This document shows, one piece after another, positions 23,990-38,974 of a stretch of 64,000 nt of DNA. The notes under the pieces were generated by a model, which worked only from the letters and a program-made list of their open reading frames with translations, did no database searches and was not told the DNA's origin. Origin of the DNA: Thalia democratica (lineage: Eukaryota); the NCBI GenBank assembly GCA_965202585.1, contig CBDBBG010000038.1, positions 1 to 64,000 on the forward strand, written 5' to 3'. Each line of letters begins with the position of its first letter. Positions within the stretch are counted from its first letter, which is position 1. The position numbers and the translations under genes are program-made.

Positions 23990-26400
23990 TATTAGAAACA
24001 TATTTTATTCTACTTATGTATTTATAAAGCTTGGTTAAAATAAAGTATCTTTTAAGAATATACTAAGCTTTAAACATAGTTTTCAGCCTAAAGTTATGGT
24101 TAAAATGAACATTGAAATTAATCTAATTTCAGTTTGATATTGGTGCGACAGTAGTTAGTTACTAAATATTTTTACCTATTTTAAATTCCAAATATTATGA
24201 TTTTTTAAAGTATACAAGATTATTTAAAAGTATTTTTACAGTTTTCACCTTTAAGTACATAAATTTTCAAGTTTATGATAATCTCAGGCTGAATCATAAA
24301 GATATTGAGTAAAATTTTTCAGGCTAGTTAAAACATTTTTGATAGTGTTTGCTTACATATTTGTAGTAGAATTACATTATCTTTTTATTAATATAGCATT
24401 GTTTAAAAAAACATCTTTTATTTTAGATTTAAAGTTATATAAAAAAAGACAAGAAAAATTTAAAACATAGTTCTAAAAAGCCAGTGGCCATCCTATTAAG
24501 ACATAAATTTCAGACATTAAAGGGTTAAAACATTTTGTCATTAGGTTATTTTTAGTAGCTCTTCTCATTATATAGTTTTTATGATAAGTTTTTAATTTTA
24601 AACAATATATTAATATTATCAATTGGTTAATATTAAAACTACTGCAAATCCACTGCTCTAATACCATTTATGACTAATAATTTAAACAAATTTATTACTA
24701 TATAATTTTAGACTTAAAATAAAGGTTGATGACAATATTAATATTTATATAAGTTAAAAAAAAAGGTATAATAGGATAATGTAATTACATAGAGTTGCAC
24801 TGTTGTTTTGTATTTTGTTTTTATTACCTAGGATGATTTCCACCAATATCAAGCTGAAATTGTATTGTATTCGATGTCTTTTTAAAACAATTTTAGAATA
24901 AGAATTTATATTTTATACATACAAAAATCAATTAAACTTATTTATCATAAACTAATAAAACTGAAATATTTGATCACTTTTATTTATAATGTAAAGCGAT
25001 TATATAAATGAATTAGTTTATTTCGATTACAATAATACTGTGATATAAAATCCATTAAATATTTTAGTATGTAATTAATTTAATTATTTCTCTTTAATAA
25101 TGTAACTAGTTTAAAACAAAGTATCTTTTTAGATTAAACATAATAGGCTTAAAACATTGATATTTAGCTTAAAAGTGTGGTAAAATAGTTATCGAATATA
25201 GTATAATTTCAGCTTGATATTAGTGCGACATCACCCTAGGTCAGGGGTTGGCAGGTCAAAAAAGGAACGTTTTTTATGTGATTTGAAAAACACTTTTAAA
25301 CAAAATTTTTTGAATATTAAAAATTTAGGCGATAGATAATCTTTTAAAGATAACACTGAAATTTAATTTTTGTTTTTTGAGAATATTAATATATCAAACT
25401 AGTTGAAAAAAAAAAGTTTAATGCGGATCGCGGACCGCAGTTTGCCAACCCCTGCCCTAGATAGTTACTCATATTTATAGTAGAATTGCATTATCTTTTT
25501 ATTAATATAGTACTGTTTAAAAAACAATTTAGTTTTAGATTTAAAGTTATATAAAAATGACAAGAGAAGTTTTAAAATCCTGGCAGAAAGTCTAAAAATT
25601 TAAAAGATAGTTCTGTAAAGTTAGTTGCAATCCTGTTTAGACATAAATTTGGATTTTATTTGTCATTAGGTTATTTTAGGTATCTCTTTTCATTATACAG
25701 TTTTTATGATAAGTTTCTAATTTTAAACAATATAATAATATTATCAGTTGGTTAATGACAAAACTACTGCAGATCCACTGCTCTAATACCATTTATGACT
25801 AATAATTTAAACAAATTTATTACTATATAATTTTGGACTTTAAATAAAGGTTGATGACAGTATTAATATTTAAATAAGTTGAAAAAAAAGGAATAAAAGG
25901 ATAATGTAATTACATAGAGTTGCACTGTTGTTTTGTATTTTGTTTTTATCTGTCTTTACTAGTTTTGGTAATTACCTAGGATGATGTCCACCAATATCAA
26001 GCTAAATTTATATTAAATTCGATGTCTTTTTTAACTATAATTTTAACATAAAAGTTTCTACTATATATACACAAAAGTATAATTTAATTTATTTATTATC
26101 AACTAATAAAACTAAAGTATTTGATCTTTTTTATTTACAATATCAAGCGATTATATAAATGAAATAATTTGTATCAATTAAGATATTGTAAAATGAAATC
26201 GATTAAATATTTAAGTATGTAATAATTTATTATTATTCATACTATTAATTTTTGTAGCCAGTTTGAAACAAAGTATCTTTTTAAATTAAACATAACAGGT
26301 TTAAAACATTGATTTTTAGCTTAAAAATGTGGTTAAAAAAACGTTGAATATAGTATATATTTCAGCTTGATATTGGTGCAACATCATCCTAGGTAGTTAC
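23990..26400 (+). repeat. Diverged direct repeat, ~1.1-kb period, ~2.3 copies
   Basis: aaagtatcttttt...cag(t/c)ttgatatt(g/a)gtgc.aca recurs at ~24040, ~25100 and ~26270. gtagaatt.cattatctttttattaatatag recurs at ~24364 and ~25481. Confidence 0.85.
25242..25454. mobile_element. 213-bp hAT-type MITE
   Basis: Perfect 12-bp TIR CAGGGGTTGGCA/TGCCAACCCCTG and 8-bp TSD CCCTAGGT/CCCTAGAT (7/8). The neighbouring repeat unit shows the empty site (tcctaggtagttac near 26390). Confidence 0.9.
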
Positions 26401-26489
26401 CCTAATTTCATTTTACTAATTTTAAAAATTGAAAGGAATATTTAAGATTTGTTAGAATAAATTAAAAAAATTTAATTAGTTGCTTTAAA

Positions 26490-29400
26490 AAAACTCAAAA
26501 TGAAAGTGTAAATCTGTGCCAACAAGGTATTTGAAATTTAGTTACATAGATTACTATATTTGTGTTTTAAATGATTTTTTTTTAGTTGAGAAAACATAAT
26601 GACACGTACAGAAGTTTTAAAAGTAATTTGCTGATTGGAAATAGGACCAGTAAAAATTCATTTTGAACGAATTTATATTATTGCCATTGTGTACTAATGG
26701 TTAAATAAATTGTTCGTACAGAATGGCTCAAGTAAAACACCTTAATACTAACAGCCTTAAGGAATTGAGCAGTGCTTTTTGGAATCAGTTATATTCATGA
26801 ATGAAGACGATGAAGCACTTTCGGACGCATTCGAGATAATTCACCCTGAAAATGTTGTACCAGGATGCGAAAGAGCGTCGCTGTACATTTACGGTAGGAT
26901 TGGTTAAATACAGAACTTTCCATTAATTTTTAGACAAATTACTTATTTTAAAAAATTATATAGTATGGTCTATTACAAAAGATAACTCTTTATAGTTTTA
27001 AATATATAAATCAAAGTTAACCATTATAACTATTCTGAAATAAGTTAATAACTAATACATTAAAAACATATAATTAAATTACCAGACAAATTAATTAGTT
27101 TTGTATAATTATTTATATTTTGGTTGTTTACAAAAAACTTTTGTTCGCTTTTTCGATTAGTTTTTCTCAATAAAGCAGCAGTATTTTACTGAGTACAGCT
27201 TGATACTTTTTATCTACCTTGCTCTTTATTTCTTTTAACGTTTGTTATTGCTTGTAATCAAGTACTCTCAAATCTACTTACAGGTTTGCCACTTTATCTG
27301 ATAATATAAAAAAACCTGGAGTTTTGAAGAAAAATCACCAAAAAACATGGAATTTTAAACAATTTTTACATGTTATGTCGAAAATTCTTGATATGACGCA
27401 AAAAAATTATCATATAGATTTTTTTTTGGTCATCATCAAATTTAAAAACACATTTAAAGTAGCTTAACCGTATGTTTTCAATGTTTTTATACTATTTAAC
27501 ACAGTTTTTACCTTAAACTCAATTTTAAACTAAAGATAAACCCAAAAATGTGCACTGTTAAAAACCTGGAGGAAATTCTGAAAACCTGGATATTTTGTTT
27601 TAAATAACTGATAACTCGGTACTAACTAACTATTAACTCATCAAGATCCGCCTTTACTGCGTTGTTAAACTAAGATGGTTTTTATATCGTTAGTGATTGT
27701 TTCAAAATTTATTTGTTAAGAAAAAGCCGTTTGCTTATTGATAATGTCAATAAATGATGAAAACTTTGTGAGTAAAGAGTTTAGTTTGTAACTTGTTAGA
27801 CAGTTTATTTCTGAGCTCTAAAGCTTTTTTGATTGAACAAAATTATTTAACTGTCTGAAATTATAATATCTGGAATTTGTTCTGACCCCGGATTTACGGC
27901 TTACTTGAATTTATACATCTATTTTAAGGTATAAATGGTTTAGTTAAATACATTTTTGTGACGTCATAATTCAGATTACTTCCTCAGTTTTCGATATCAG
28001 TCGCTTTCTTTTTTGGACTTGTATCTTTTTTATGGTGTCATATTAACGGTGTTGTTTTTGAGAAAAACTCAAATTATTTTTATTCTATCTTTCAGAAAAC
28101 TCGAAAATGTAAATAATCAAGAATAAGTTTTTGAATAATTCAGTAGTTACACTGGTTTTTGCATTTTTAAACATTTGTCTGTGTTTTTTAATTAACTGTA
28201 ATTGATTATACATACAAGACACGGCTTTATTACATTTTATAAAAATAAGTTTTCTAATTAAAAAAAAATCAAAATGGAAGAATAAATCTGTGTCAACAAG
28301 GTATTTGAGATTTAGTTACATAGATTACTATATTTGTGTTTTAAATGATTTTTTTTAGTTGAGAAAACATAATGACACGTACAGAAGTTTTAAAAGTAAT
28401 TTGCTGATTGGAAATAGGACCAGTAAAAATTCATTTTGAACGAATTTATATTATTGCCATTGTGTACTAATGGTTTAATAAATTGTGTATACAATCTGGC
28501 TTAAGTAAAACACCTTAATACTAACAGCCTGAAGGAATTGAGCAGTGCTTTTTGGAATCAGTTATATTCATGAATGAAGACGATGAAGCACTTTCGGACG
28601 CATTCGAGATAATTTACCCTGAAAATGTTGTACCAGGATGCGAAAGAGCGTCGCTGTTCATTAACGGTAGGATTGGTTAAATACAGAACTTTCTATTAAT
28701 TTTTAGACAAATTAATTTTTAATTAACGTCTAAAACATTAAAATAATATATTATTTAGTATAACCTATTACAAAAGATAATTGTTTATAGTTTTAAATAT
28801 ATAAATCAATGTTAACCATTATAACTATTCTGAAATAAGTTAATAAAAAATACATTAAAAACATATAATTAAATTACCACACTAGATAGTTTTGTATAAT
28901 TATTTATCTTTTGGTTGTTTACAAAAATCTTTTGTTCGCTTTTCGATTAGTTTTTCTCAATAAAGCAGCAGTATTTTACTGAGTACAGCTTGATACTTTT
29001 TATCTATCTTGCTCAATATTTCTTTTTAACGTTTGTTATTGCTTGTAATCAAGTACTCTCAAATCTACTTACAGGTTTGCCACTTAGTCTGATAATATAG
29101 AAAAACCTGGGATTTTGAAGAAAAATCACCAAAAAAACATGAAATTTTAAACAATTTTTACATGTTATGTCGAAAAATCTAGATATGACGCAAAAAAATT
29201 ATCATATAAATAATTTTTTGGTCATCATCAAAAATTTCCATTCAAAATCACATTTAAAGTAGCTTAACCGTTATTTTCAATGTTTTTATACTTATTAACA
29301 AAGTTTTTACGTTAAACTCAATTTTAAACTTAAAATAGACCGAAAAATGTGCACTGTTAAAAACCTGGAGGAAATTCTGAAAACCTGGATATTTTGTTTT

Positions 29401-32400
29401 AAATAACTGATAACTCTGTACTAACTAACTATTAACTCATCAAGATCCGCCTTTACTGCGTTGTTAAACTAAGATGGTTTTTATATCGTTAGTGATTGTT
29501 TCAAAATTTATTCGTTAAGAAAAAGCCGTTTGCTCATTGATAATGTCAATAAATGATGAAAACTTTGTGAGTAAAGAGTTTAGTTTGTAACTTGTTAGAC
29601 AGTTTATTTCTGAGCTCTAAAGCTTTTTTGATTGAACAAAATTATTTAACTGTCTGAAATTATAATATCTGGAATTTGTTCTGACCCCGGATTTACGGCT
29701 TACTTGAATTTATACATCTATTTTAAGGTATAAATGGTTTAGTTAAATACATTTTTGTGACGTCATAATTCAGATTACTTCCTCAGTTTTCGATATCAGT
29801 CGCTTTCTTTTTTGGACTTGTATCTTTTTTATGGTGTCATATTAACGGTGTTGTTTTTGAGAAAAACTCAAATTATTTTTATTCTATCTTTCAGAAAACT
29901 CGAAAATGTAAATAATCAAGAATAAGTTTTTGAATAATTCAGTAATTACACTGGTTTTTGCATTTTTAAACATTTGTCTGTGTTTTTTAATCAACTGTAA
30001 TTGATTATACATACAAGACACGGCTTAATTACATTTTATAAAAATAAGTTTTCTAATTAAAAAAAATCAAAATTGAAGAATAAATCTGTGTCAACAAGGT
30101 ATTTGAGATTTAGTTACATAGATTACTATATTTGTGTTTTAAATGATTTTTTTTAGTTGAGAAAACATAATGACAGGTACAGAAGTTTTAAAAGTAATTT
30201 GCTGATTGGAAATAGGACCAGTAAAAATTTATTTTGAACTAATTTATATTATTGACATTGTGTACTAATGGTTTAATAAATTGTGTCTACAATCTGGCTC
30301 AAGTAAAACACCTTAATACTAACAGCCTGAAGGAATTGAGCAGTGCTTTTTGGAATCAGTTATATTCATGAATGAAGACGATGAAGCACTTTCGGATGCA
30401 TTCGAGATAATTCACTTTGAAAACGTTGTACCAGGATCCGAAAGAGCGTCGCTGTACATTTACGGTAGGATTGGTTAAATACAGAACTTACCATTAGTTT
30501 TTAGACAAATTACTTATTTAAATAACGTCTAAAACATTAAAATAATATATTATTTAGTATAACCTATTACAAAAGATATTTGTTTATAGTTTTAAATATA
30601 TAAATCAAAGTTAACCATTAAAACTATTCTGAAATAAGTTAATAAAACATACATTGAAAACATATAAATAAATTACCACACAAGATAGTTTTGTATAGTT
30701 ATTTATTTTTTGGTTTTTTACAAAAATCTTTTGTTCGTTTTTTCGATTAGTTGTTCTCAATATAGCAGCAGTATTTTAATGAGTACAGCTTGATAACTTT
30801 TTATCTATCTTGCTCAATATTTCATTTTAACGTTTGTTATTGCTTGTAATTAAGTACTCTCAAATCTACTTACAGGTTTGCCTGTTTATCTGATAATATA
30901 GAAAAACCTGGAATTTTGAAGAAAAATCACCAAAAAACCTGAAATTTTAAACAATTTTTACATGTTATGTCGAAAATTCTTGATATGACTCAATAAAATT
31001 ATAATTTTTTAATAAATAAATAAATAATAAATAAATAATAAATAATAAATAATTTTTTAGTCATCATCAAAAATTTCCATTCAAAATCACATTTAAAGTA
31101 GCTTAACCGTTATTTTCAATGTTTTTATACTTATTAACAAAGTTTTTACGTTAAACTCAAATTTAAACTTAAAATAGACCGAAAAATGTGCACTGTTAAA
31201 AACCTGGAGGAAATTCTGAAAACCTGGATATTTTGTTTTAAATAACTGATAACTCTGTACTAACTAACTATTAACTCATCAAGATCCGCCTTTACTGCGT
31301 TGTTAAACTAAGATGGTTTTTATATCGTTAGTGATTGTTTAAAAATTTGTTCTTTAAGAAAAAGTCTTTTGTTACACTGATAATGTCAAAAAATGATGAA
31401 AATATTGTGAGTAAATAGTTTAGTTTGTATTTTGTTAGACAGTTTATTTCTGAGCTCTAAAGCTTTTTTGATTTAACTGTTAGAAATTATAATATCTGGA
31501 ATTTGTTCTGACCCCGGATTTACGGCTTACTTGAATTTCTACATCTATTTTAAGGTATTATTGGTTTAGTTAAATACATTTATGTGATGTCATAGTTCAG
31601 AATACTTCCTCAGTTTTCGATATCAGTCGCTTTCTTTTTGGGACTTGTATCTTTTTTATGGTGTCATATTAACGGTGTTGTTTTGAGAAAAACTCAAATT
31701 ATTTTCATTCTATATTTCAGAAAACTCGAATATGTAAATAATCAAGAATAAGTTTTTGAATAATTCAGTAGTTAAACTGGTTTTTGCATTTTTAAACATT
31801 TGTCTGTCTTTTTTAGTCAACTGTAATTGATTAGACATACACGACACGGCATAATTACATTTATAAACATTAGTTCTGTAATTTAAAAAAAATCAAAATG
31901 GAAGAATAAATCTGTGTCAACAAGGTATTTGAAATTTAGCATGATTTTTTTAGTTTAGAAAACATAATAACACGTACAGAAGTTTTAAAAGTAATTTAAT
32001 GATTAGAAATTAATCATTTTGAACGAATTTGTATTATTGCCATTGTGTACTAATGGTTTAATAAATTGTGTGTACAATCTGGCTCAAGTAAAACACCTTA
32101 ATACTAACAGCCTGAAGGAATTGAGCAGTGCTTTTTGGAATCAGTTATATTCATGAATGAAGACGATGAAGCACTTTCGGACGCATTCGAGATAATTTAC
32201 CCTAAAAATGTTGTACCATGATGCGAAAGAGCGTCACTGTACATTTACGGTAGGATTGGTTAAATACAGAACTTTCCATTAATTTTTAGACAAATAACTT
32301 ATTTAAAAAAATATAATATAGTGTGGTCTATTACAAAAGATAACTCTATATAGTTTTAAATATATAAACCAAATTTAACCATTATAACTATCCTGAAATA

Positions 32401-35400
32401 AGTTAATAAAAAATACGTTAAAAACATATAAATCAAATTACCACACTAGATAGTTTTGTACAATTATTTATTCTTGGTTGTAAACAAAAAACTTTTGTTC
32501 GCTTTTTCGATTAGTTTTTCTCAATAAAGCAGCAGTATTTTACTGAGTACAGCTTGGTACTTTTTATCTATCTTGCTCAATATTTCATTTTAACGTTTGT
32601 TATTGCTTGTAATCAAGTACTCTCAAATCTACTTACAGGTTTGCCACTTTATCTGATAATATAGAAAAACCTGGAATTTTGAAGAAAAATCACCAAAAAA
32701 CCTGGAATTTTAAACAATTTTTACATGTTATGTCGAAAAATCTTGATATAACGCAAAAAAATTATCATATAGAATTTTTTTTGGTCATCATCAAAATTAA
32801 AAACACATTTAAAGTAGCTTAACCGTATGTTTTCAATGTTTTTATATATTTAACGCAGTTTTTACCTTAAATTCTATTTAAAACTAAAAATAGACCGAAA
32901 CATGTGTACTTTTCAAAACTTGGAGGAAATTCTGAAAACCTGGATATTTTTTTTTTAAATGACTGATAGCTCTGTACTAACTAACTAATAGCTCATCAAG
33001 ATCCGCCTTTACTGCGTTGTTAAACTAAGATGGTTTTTATATCGTTAGTGATTGTTTAAAAATTTTTCTTTAAGAAAAAGCCGTTTGTTCATTGATAATG
33101 TCAATAAATTATAAAAACTTTGTGAGTAAATAGTTTGGTTTGTATTTTTTTAGACAGTTTATTTCTGAGCTCTAAAGCTTTTTTGATTGAACAAAATTAT
33201 TAAACTGTCTGAAATTATAATATCTGGAATTTGTTCTGACCCCGGATTTACGGCTTACTTGAATTTCTACATCTATTTTAAGGTATTATTGGTTTAGTTA
33301 AATACATTTTTGTGATTTAATAGTTCAGAATACTTCCTCAGTTTTCGATATCAGTCGCTTTCCTTTTGGGACTTGTATCTTTTTTATGGTGTCATATTAA
33401 CGGTGTTGTTTTTGAGAAAAACTCAAATTATTTTCATTCTATATTTCAGAAAACTCGAAAATGTAAATAATCAAGAATAAGTTTTTGAATAATTCAGTAG
33501 TTAAACTGGTTTTTGCATTTTTAAACATTTGTCTGTCTTTTTTAGTCAACTGTTTTTGATTATACATACACGACACGGCATAATTACATTTTATAAACAT
33601 TAGTTCTGTAATTAAAAAAAAAATCAAAATGGAAGAATAAATCTGTGTCAACAAGGTATTTGAAATTTAGCATGATTTTTTTAGTTTAGAAAACATAATA
33701 ACACGTACAGAAATTTTAAAAGTAATTTAATGATTAGAAATTAATCATTTTGAACGAATTTGTATTATTGCCATTGTGTACTAATGATTTAATAAATTGT
33801 GTGTACAATCTGGCTCAAGTAAAACACCTTAATACTAACAGCCTGAAGGAATTGAGCAGTGCTTTTTGGAATCAGTTATATTCATGAATGAAGACGATGA
33901 AGCACTTTCGGACGCATTCGAGATAATTTACCCTGAAAATGTTGTACCAGGATCCGAAAGAGTGTCGCTGTACATTTACGGTAGGATTGGTTAAATACAG
34001 AACTTTCCATTAAATTTTAGACAAATAACTTATTTAAATAACGTTTAAAACATTGAAATAGTATATTATTTAGTATAACCTATTATAAAAGCTAATTGTT
34101 TATAGTTTTAAATATATAAACCAAATTTAACCATTATAACTATCCTGAAATAGGTTAATAAAAAATACATTAAAAACATATAAATCAAATTACCACACTA
34201 GATAGTTTTGTATAATTATTAATTTTTTGGTTGTAAACAAAAAACTTTTGTTCGCTTTTTCGATTAGTTTTTCTCAATAAAGCAGCAATATTTTACTGAG
34301 TACAGCTTGGTACTTTTTATCTATCTTGCTCAATATTTCATTTTAACGTTTGTTATTGCTTGTAATCAAGTACTCTCAAATCTACTTACAGGTTTGCCAC
34401 TTTATCTGATAATATAGAAAAACCTGTAATTTTGAAGAAAAATCACCAAAAAACCTGGAATTTTAAACAATTTTTACATGTTATGTCGAAAAATCTTGAT
34501 ATAACGCAAAAAAATTATCATATAGAATTTTTTTTGGTCATCATCAAAATTAAAAACACATTTAAAGTAGCTTAACCGTATGTTTTCAATGTTTTTATAT
34601 ATTTAACGCAGTTTTTACCTTAAATTCTATTTAAAACTAAAAATAGACCGAAACATGTGTACTTTTCAAAACTTGGAGGAAATTCTGAAAACCTGGATAT
34701 ATTATTTTAAATGACTGATAGCTCTGTACTAACTAACTATTAGCTCATCAAGATCCGCCTTAACTGCGTTGTTAAACTAATATGGTTTTTATATCGTTAG
34801 TGATTGTTTCAAAATTTTTCTTTAAGAAAAAGCCGTTTGTTCATTGATAATGTCAATAAATGATGAAAACTTTGTGAGTAAATAGTTTGGTTTGTATTTT
34901 ATTAGACAGTTTATTTCTGAGCTCTAAAGCTTTTTTGATTGAACAAAATTATTAAACTGTCTGAAATTATAATATCTGGAATTTGTTCTGACCCCGGATT
35001 TACGGCTTACTTGAATTTCTACATCTATTTTAAGGTATTATTGGTTTAGTTAAATACATTTTTGTGATGTCATAGTTCAGAATACTTCCTCAGTTTTCGA
35101 TATCAGTCGCTTTCTTTTTGGGACTTGTATCTTTTTTATGGTGTCATATTAACTGTGTTGTATTTGAGAAAAACTCAAATTATTTTCATTCTATATTTCA
35201 GAAAACTCGAAAATGTAAATAATCAAGAATAAGTTTTTGAATAATTCATTAGTTAAACTGGTTTTTGCATTTTTAAACATTTGTCTGTCTTTTTTAGTCA
35301 ACTGTAATTGATTATACATACACGACACGGCATAATTACATTTTATAAACATTAGTTCTGTAATTAAAAAAAAATCAAAATGGAAGAATAAATCTGTGTC

Positions 35401-36905
35401 AACAAGGTATTTGAAATTTAGCTTGATTTTTTTAGTTTAGAAAACATAATAACACGTACAGAAGTTTTAAAAGTAATTTAATGATTAGGAATTAATCATT
35501 TTGAACGAATTTGTATTATTGCCATTGTGTACTAATGATTTAATAAATTATGTGTACAATCTGGCTCAAGTAAAACACCTTAATACTAACAGCCTGAAGG
35601 AATTGAGCAGTGCTTTTTGGAATCAGTTATATTCATGAATGAAGACGATGAAGCACTTTCGGACGCATTCGAGATAATTTACCCTGAAAATGTTGTACCA
35701 GGATGCGAAAGAGCGTCGCTGTACATTTACGGTAGGATTGGTTAAATACAGAACTTTCCATTAACTTTTAGACAAATTACTTATTTAAATAACGTTTAAA
35801 ACATTAAAATAATATATTATTTAGTATAACCTATTACAAAAGATAATTGTTTTAGTTTTAAATATATAAACCAAAGCTAACCATTATAACTATTCTAAAA
35901 TAAGTTAATAACGAATACATTAAAAACATATAAATTAAATTACCACACTAGATTGTTTTGTATAGTTATATATTTTTTGGTTGTTTACGAAAAACTTTTG
36001 TTCGCTTTTTTGATTAGCTTTGCTCAATAAAACAGCAGTATTTTATTGATTACAGCTTGATACTTTTTATCTACCTTACTCTTTATTTCTTTTTAACATT
36101 TGTTATTGCTTGTAATCAAGTACTCTCAAATCTACTTACAGAGTTGCCATTTTACCCGGAATTTTGAATAAAAATCACTAAAAAACCTGAAATTTTAATT
36201 AATTTTTACATGTTAAGTAGAAATATTTATCATATGAATAATGTTTTGGTCATCATCAAATTTTTTTATTCATAAACACATTTAAAGTAGTTTTATAGTA
36301 TATTTTCAATGTTTTTATACTATTTAACACAGTGTTTTACCTTAAACTCAATTTAAAACTAAAGATAGACCGAAACATGTGTACTTTTCAAAACTTGGAG
36401 GAAATTCTGAAAACCTGGATATATTATTTTAAATGACTGATAGCTCTGTACTAACTAACTATTAGCTCATCAAGATCCGCCTTTAATGCGTTGTTAAACT
36501 AAGATGGTTTTTATATCGTTAGTGATTGTTTCAAAATTTATTCTTTAAGAAAAAGCCGTTTGCTCATTAATAATGTCAATAAATGATGAAAACTTTGTGA
36601 GTAAATAGTTTGGTTTGTATTTTATTAGACAGTTTATTTCTGAGCTCTAAAGCTTTTTTGACGGAACAAAATTATTTAACTGTCTGAAAGAATAATAACA
36701 GAAATTTGTTCTGATCCCGGATTTACGGCTTACTTGAATTTCTTTATCTAATTTAAGGTATCATTGGTTTAGTTAAATACATTTTTGTGACGTCATAATT
36801 CAGAATACTTCTTCAGTTTTTGATATCTATAGTTTTCTTTTTTGGTTTTAAATCTTTTCTAAGATGTCGTTTTAATGGTGTTGATTTTTAGAAAAAATTA
36901 TTTTC
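26490..36905 (+). repeat. Tandem array, ~1.73-1.83-kb unit, 5 full units plus a nearly complete sixth
   Basis: The marker aatctgtg recurs at 26511, 28285, 30083, 31909, 33640 and 35391 (periods 1774, 1798, 1826, 1731, 1751). Each unit has an exon-like block and a decayed MITE. Unit 3 also has an (AATA/AATAA)n tract near 31010-31050. Confidence 0.97.
28528..28666 (+). other. 139-nt exon-like core of the array unit (also 26755-26893, 30326-30464, 32111-32249, 33842-33980, 35593-35731)
   Basis: Flanked by tactaacag| and G|gtagga in all six units. The phase-0 frame reads PEGIEQCFLESVIFMNEDDEALSDAFEIIYPENVVPGCERASL[Y/F]I[Y/N]G. It is open in units 2, 3, 5 and 6 and has stops in units 1 (TAA) and 4 (TGA). 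No family recognised. Confidence 0.5.
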
Positions 36906-38974
36906 TTTTTCAGGATGAATGTGAATTTTTATTCAATATCCTTATTTTTCTACGTTTAATTTTCGATAATATATCCCTTTTTCTACAGTATTTGTTTTTA
37001 ACGTAGTAATTTAGTTCAAGTTTTTTATTATAGAACCAACTAACACGTTTGATGTACTTTTAGTTAATATTGGTGATGAAAAAAACTTTTGTTACTCAAG
37101 TTTTTGTAGTTTTATATGGTTGTCTGAACTCAGTGAATACCGCTTGTTCTGTATTTATTTCCTTTCAACAACAACAAATAATATTTCTCTATTGTATTTG
37201 GTTAGAATCTTTTACAGAACCTTGAAATTGATCTTTATTTGACTTTTGTTCTTCTTAAAATTATTTTATATAGTTGTAAATTTATGCAAAGCTGGTTTGT
37301 GTTGACCTATCAATTTTACATTTTTGTACGTTTCTTCATTAGCAAACCAAAATGTATTTTTAATTAAGTTAATAGTTGTTATGTTTCGCGATAAAAATCC
37401 ACGAATTTCAAAAATGAATTTTGTTATGTTATTTAAATAAGTTTATAATTTAGCTTTGGTTGCAGTGCAGTTTGTACTTTGCTTTATTTTAAATAATATT
37501 TTTTTTTTGACATTAAACAAACAATATTTAATTCTAGTAAGTACGTCTCTTTTTTAAACAGTGCTCTAAGTAGACTAATTGATTCATTATAATAATATTC
37601 AATATAATTCATTATGATAATAAGTTTTTATACTATTTAACACATTATCTTACCTTAACCTTAACTTTAAATTAAAAATAGACCCAAAAAAGTGTACTTT
37701 TAAAAACCAGGAAAAAATTTGCCAACAGTATTTGGCAACCCTATTTTATGCTATAAACTAGTGTTTTAAATATAAAACTAATATTTTTGATTAAAGGGAA
37801 AGAAAATTAAACACATTGAAACTGTAAAGTAAGTTGAACTAAAACTAGATAACACTTAACTAATTTTAAGTTGAATTTCTCGAATATGTGATTGCTTTTG
37901 TGTTAACAATATAAGTATATATTTCGAAACGCTACTTTTAATTTTGATGCTTTCAAATTTCTTAGTTTTTACTTATGTAATTAAATAACCAACATATCAA
38001 GATAGCAAGTTAATCTCAAAATAAACATTCTCTAAGGTAAATCTATGGTAAATTTTTACAGCTTCAGCTTAAAAGTTCAACGTTAGTAAAATAGAAATAA
38101 TAATTTAATATAAAAGCAAGTACTAACTAAATTTTTGAATAAAAGCAAAACTAAATGAACACTTAATTGAATGAAAATTTTAAACCATTTGTATTTTTGC
38201 TGTCATTTTTAAATTTTGTGATGCGCTAAGTTGCAAACTAAGATTTTTAAAGAGTTTCTAACCTATAACCGTTCATAAAATTAGTGTTTGACAAAAGTGT
38301 GCACATTGAGCAGTAAACTTTGAGAAACCAACTTTAAACTACTTTATTTTTGTTTAATTTTGTATCAAACCGTTTCTGAAATTATAAAATTACTGAAGTA
38401 TTTCTAGAGTATCGAGTTCTTAATTTGTTAAACCTAAATTCTTCGTATATTTTTTAGCTTTAAAGTTAATATCAAAAGTAAAAGAACAAAAACGTTATGT
38501 GTTATCATTAAAATTTTATTTATAAATCTTTTGTTATCCGATTTTTATTTATTTTTCATTCCAGTTTTGTACCTCAAGTCGTGCTTGTGGCCTCCTTTTC
38601 CTGACGCATCTTGTTAGTGTTATTTTACCCATAAAAACAGAACATACTATTAACAGACGAACAATTTTATAATTTTACGAAATAGAAACTAAAACTATTT
38701 ATTATATTTAAAATGTGTAATTTCATAGGTGATTATGAAGAATGACCGAGAAGACGCAAAAAGGACCCGAGAACCAGAGGCGAAGCAATTAAGAGATACT
38801 GCAAATTTGTTCCTACGTCATAGTGTTTCTTACTTTAATAGGTGAATATTGTTTGTTTTAGTTTATAATTTATAGTTATAGTTGTTAAAATTAATTGTAT
38901 TTTAATATTTAAGCATACATTTCAATGTAATTCAGTATAATACAAGTCAAAAGGTAAAATACATTTTAAAGTAA

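Noticed and set aside
26490-36905. CRISPR-like or rDNA-like interpretation of the tandem array
   Set aside because: Units are ~1.8 kb with no short repeat-spacer pattern, and no 5S, snRNA or rRNA sequence was recognised; the context is eukaryotic.
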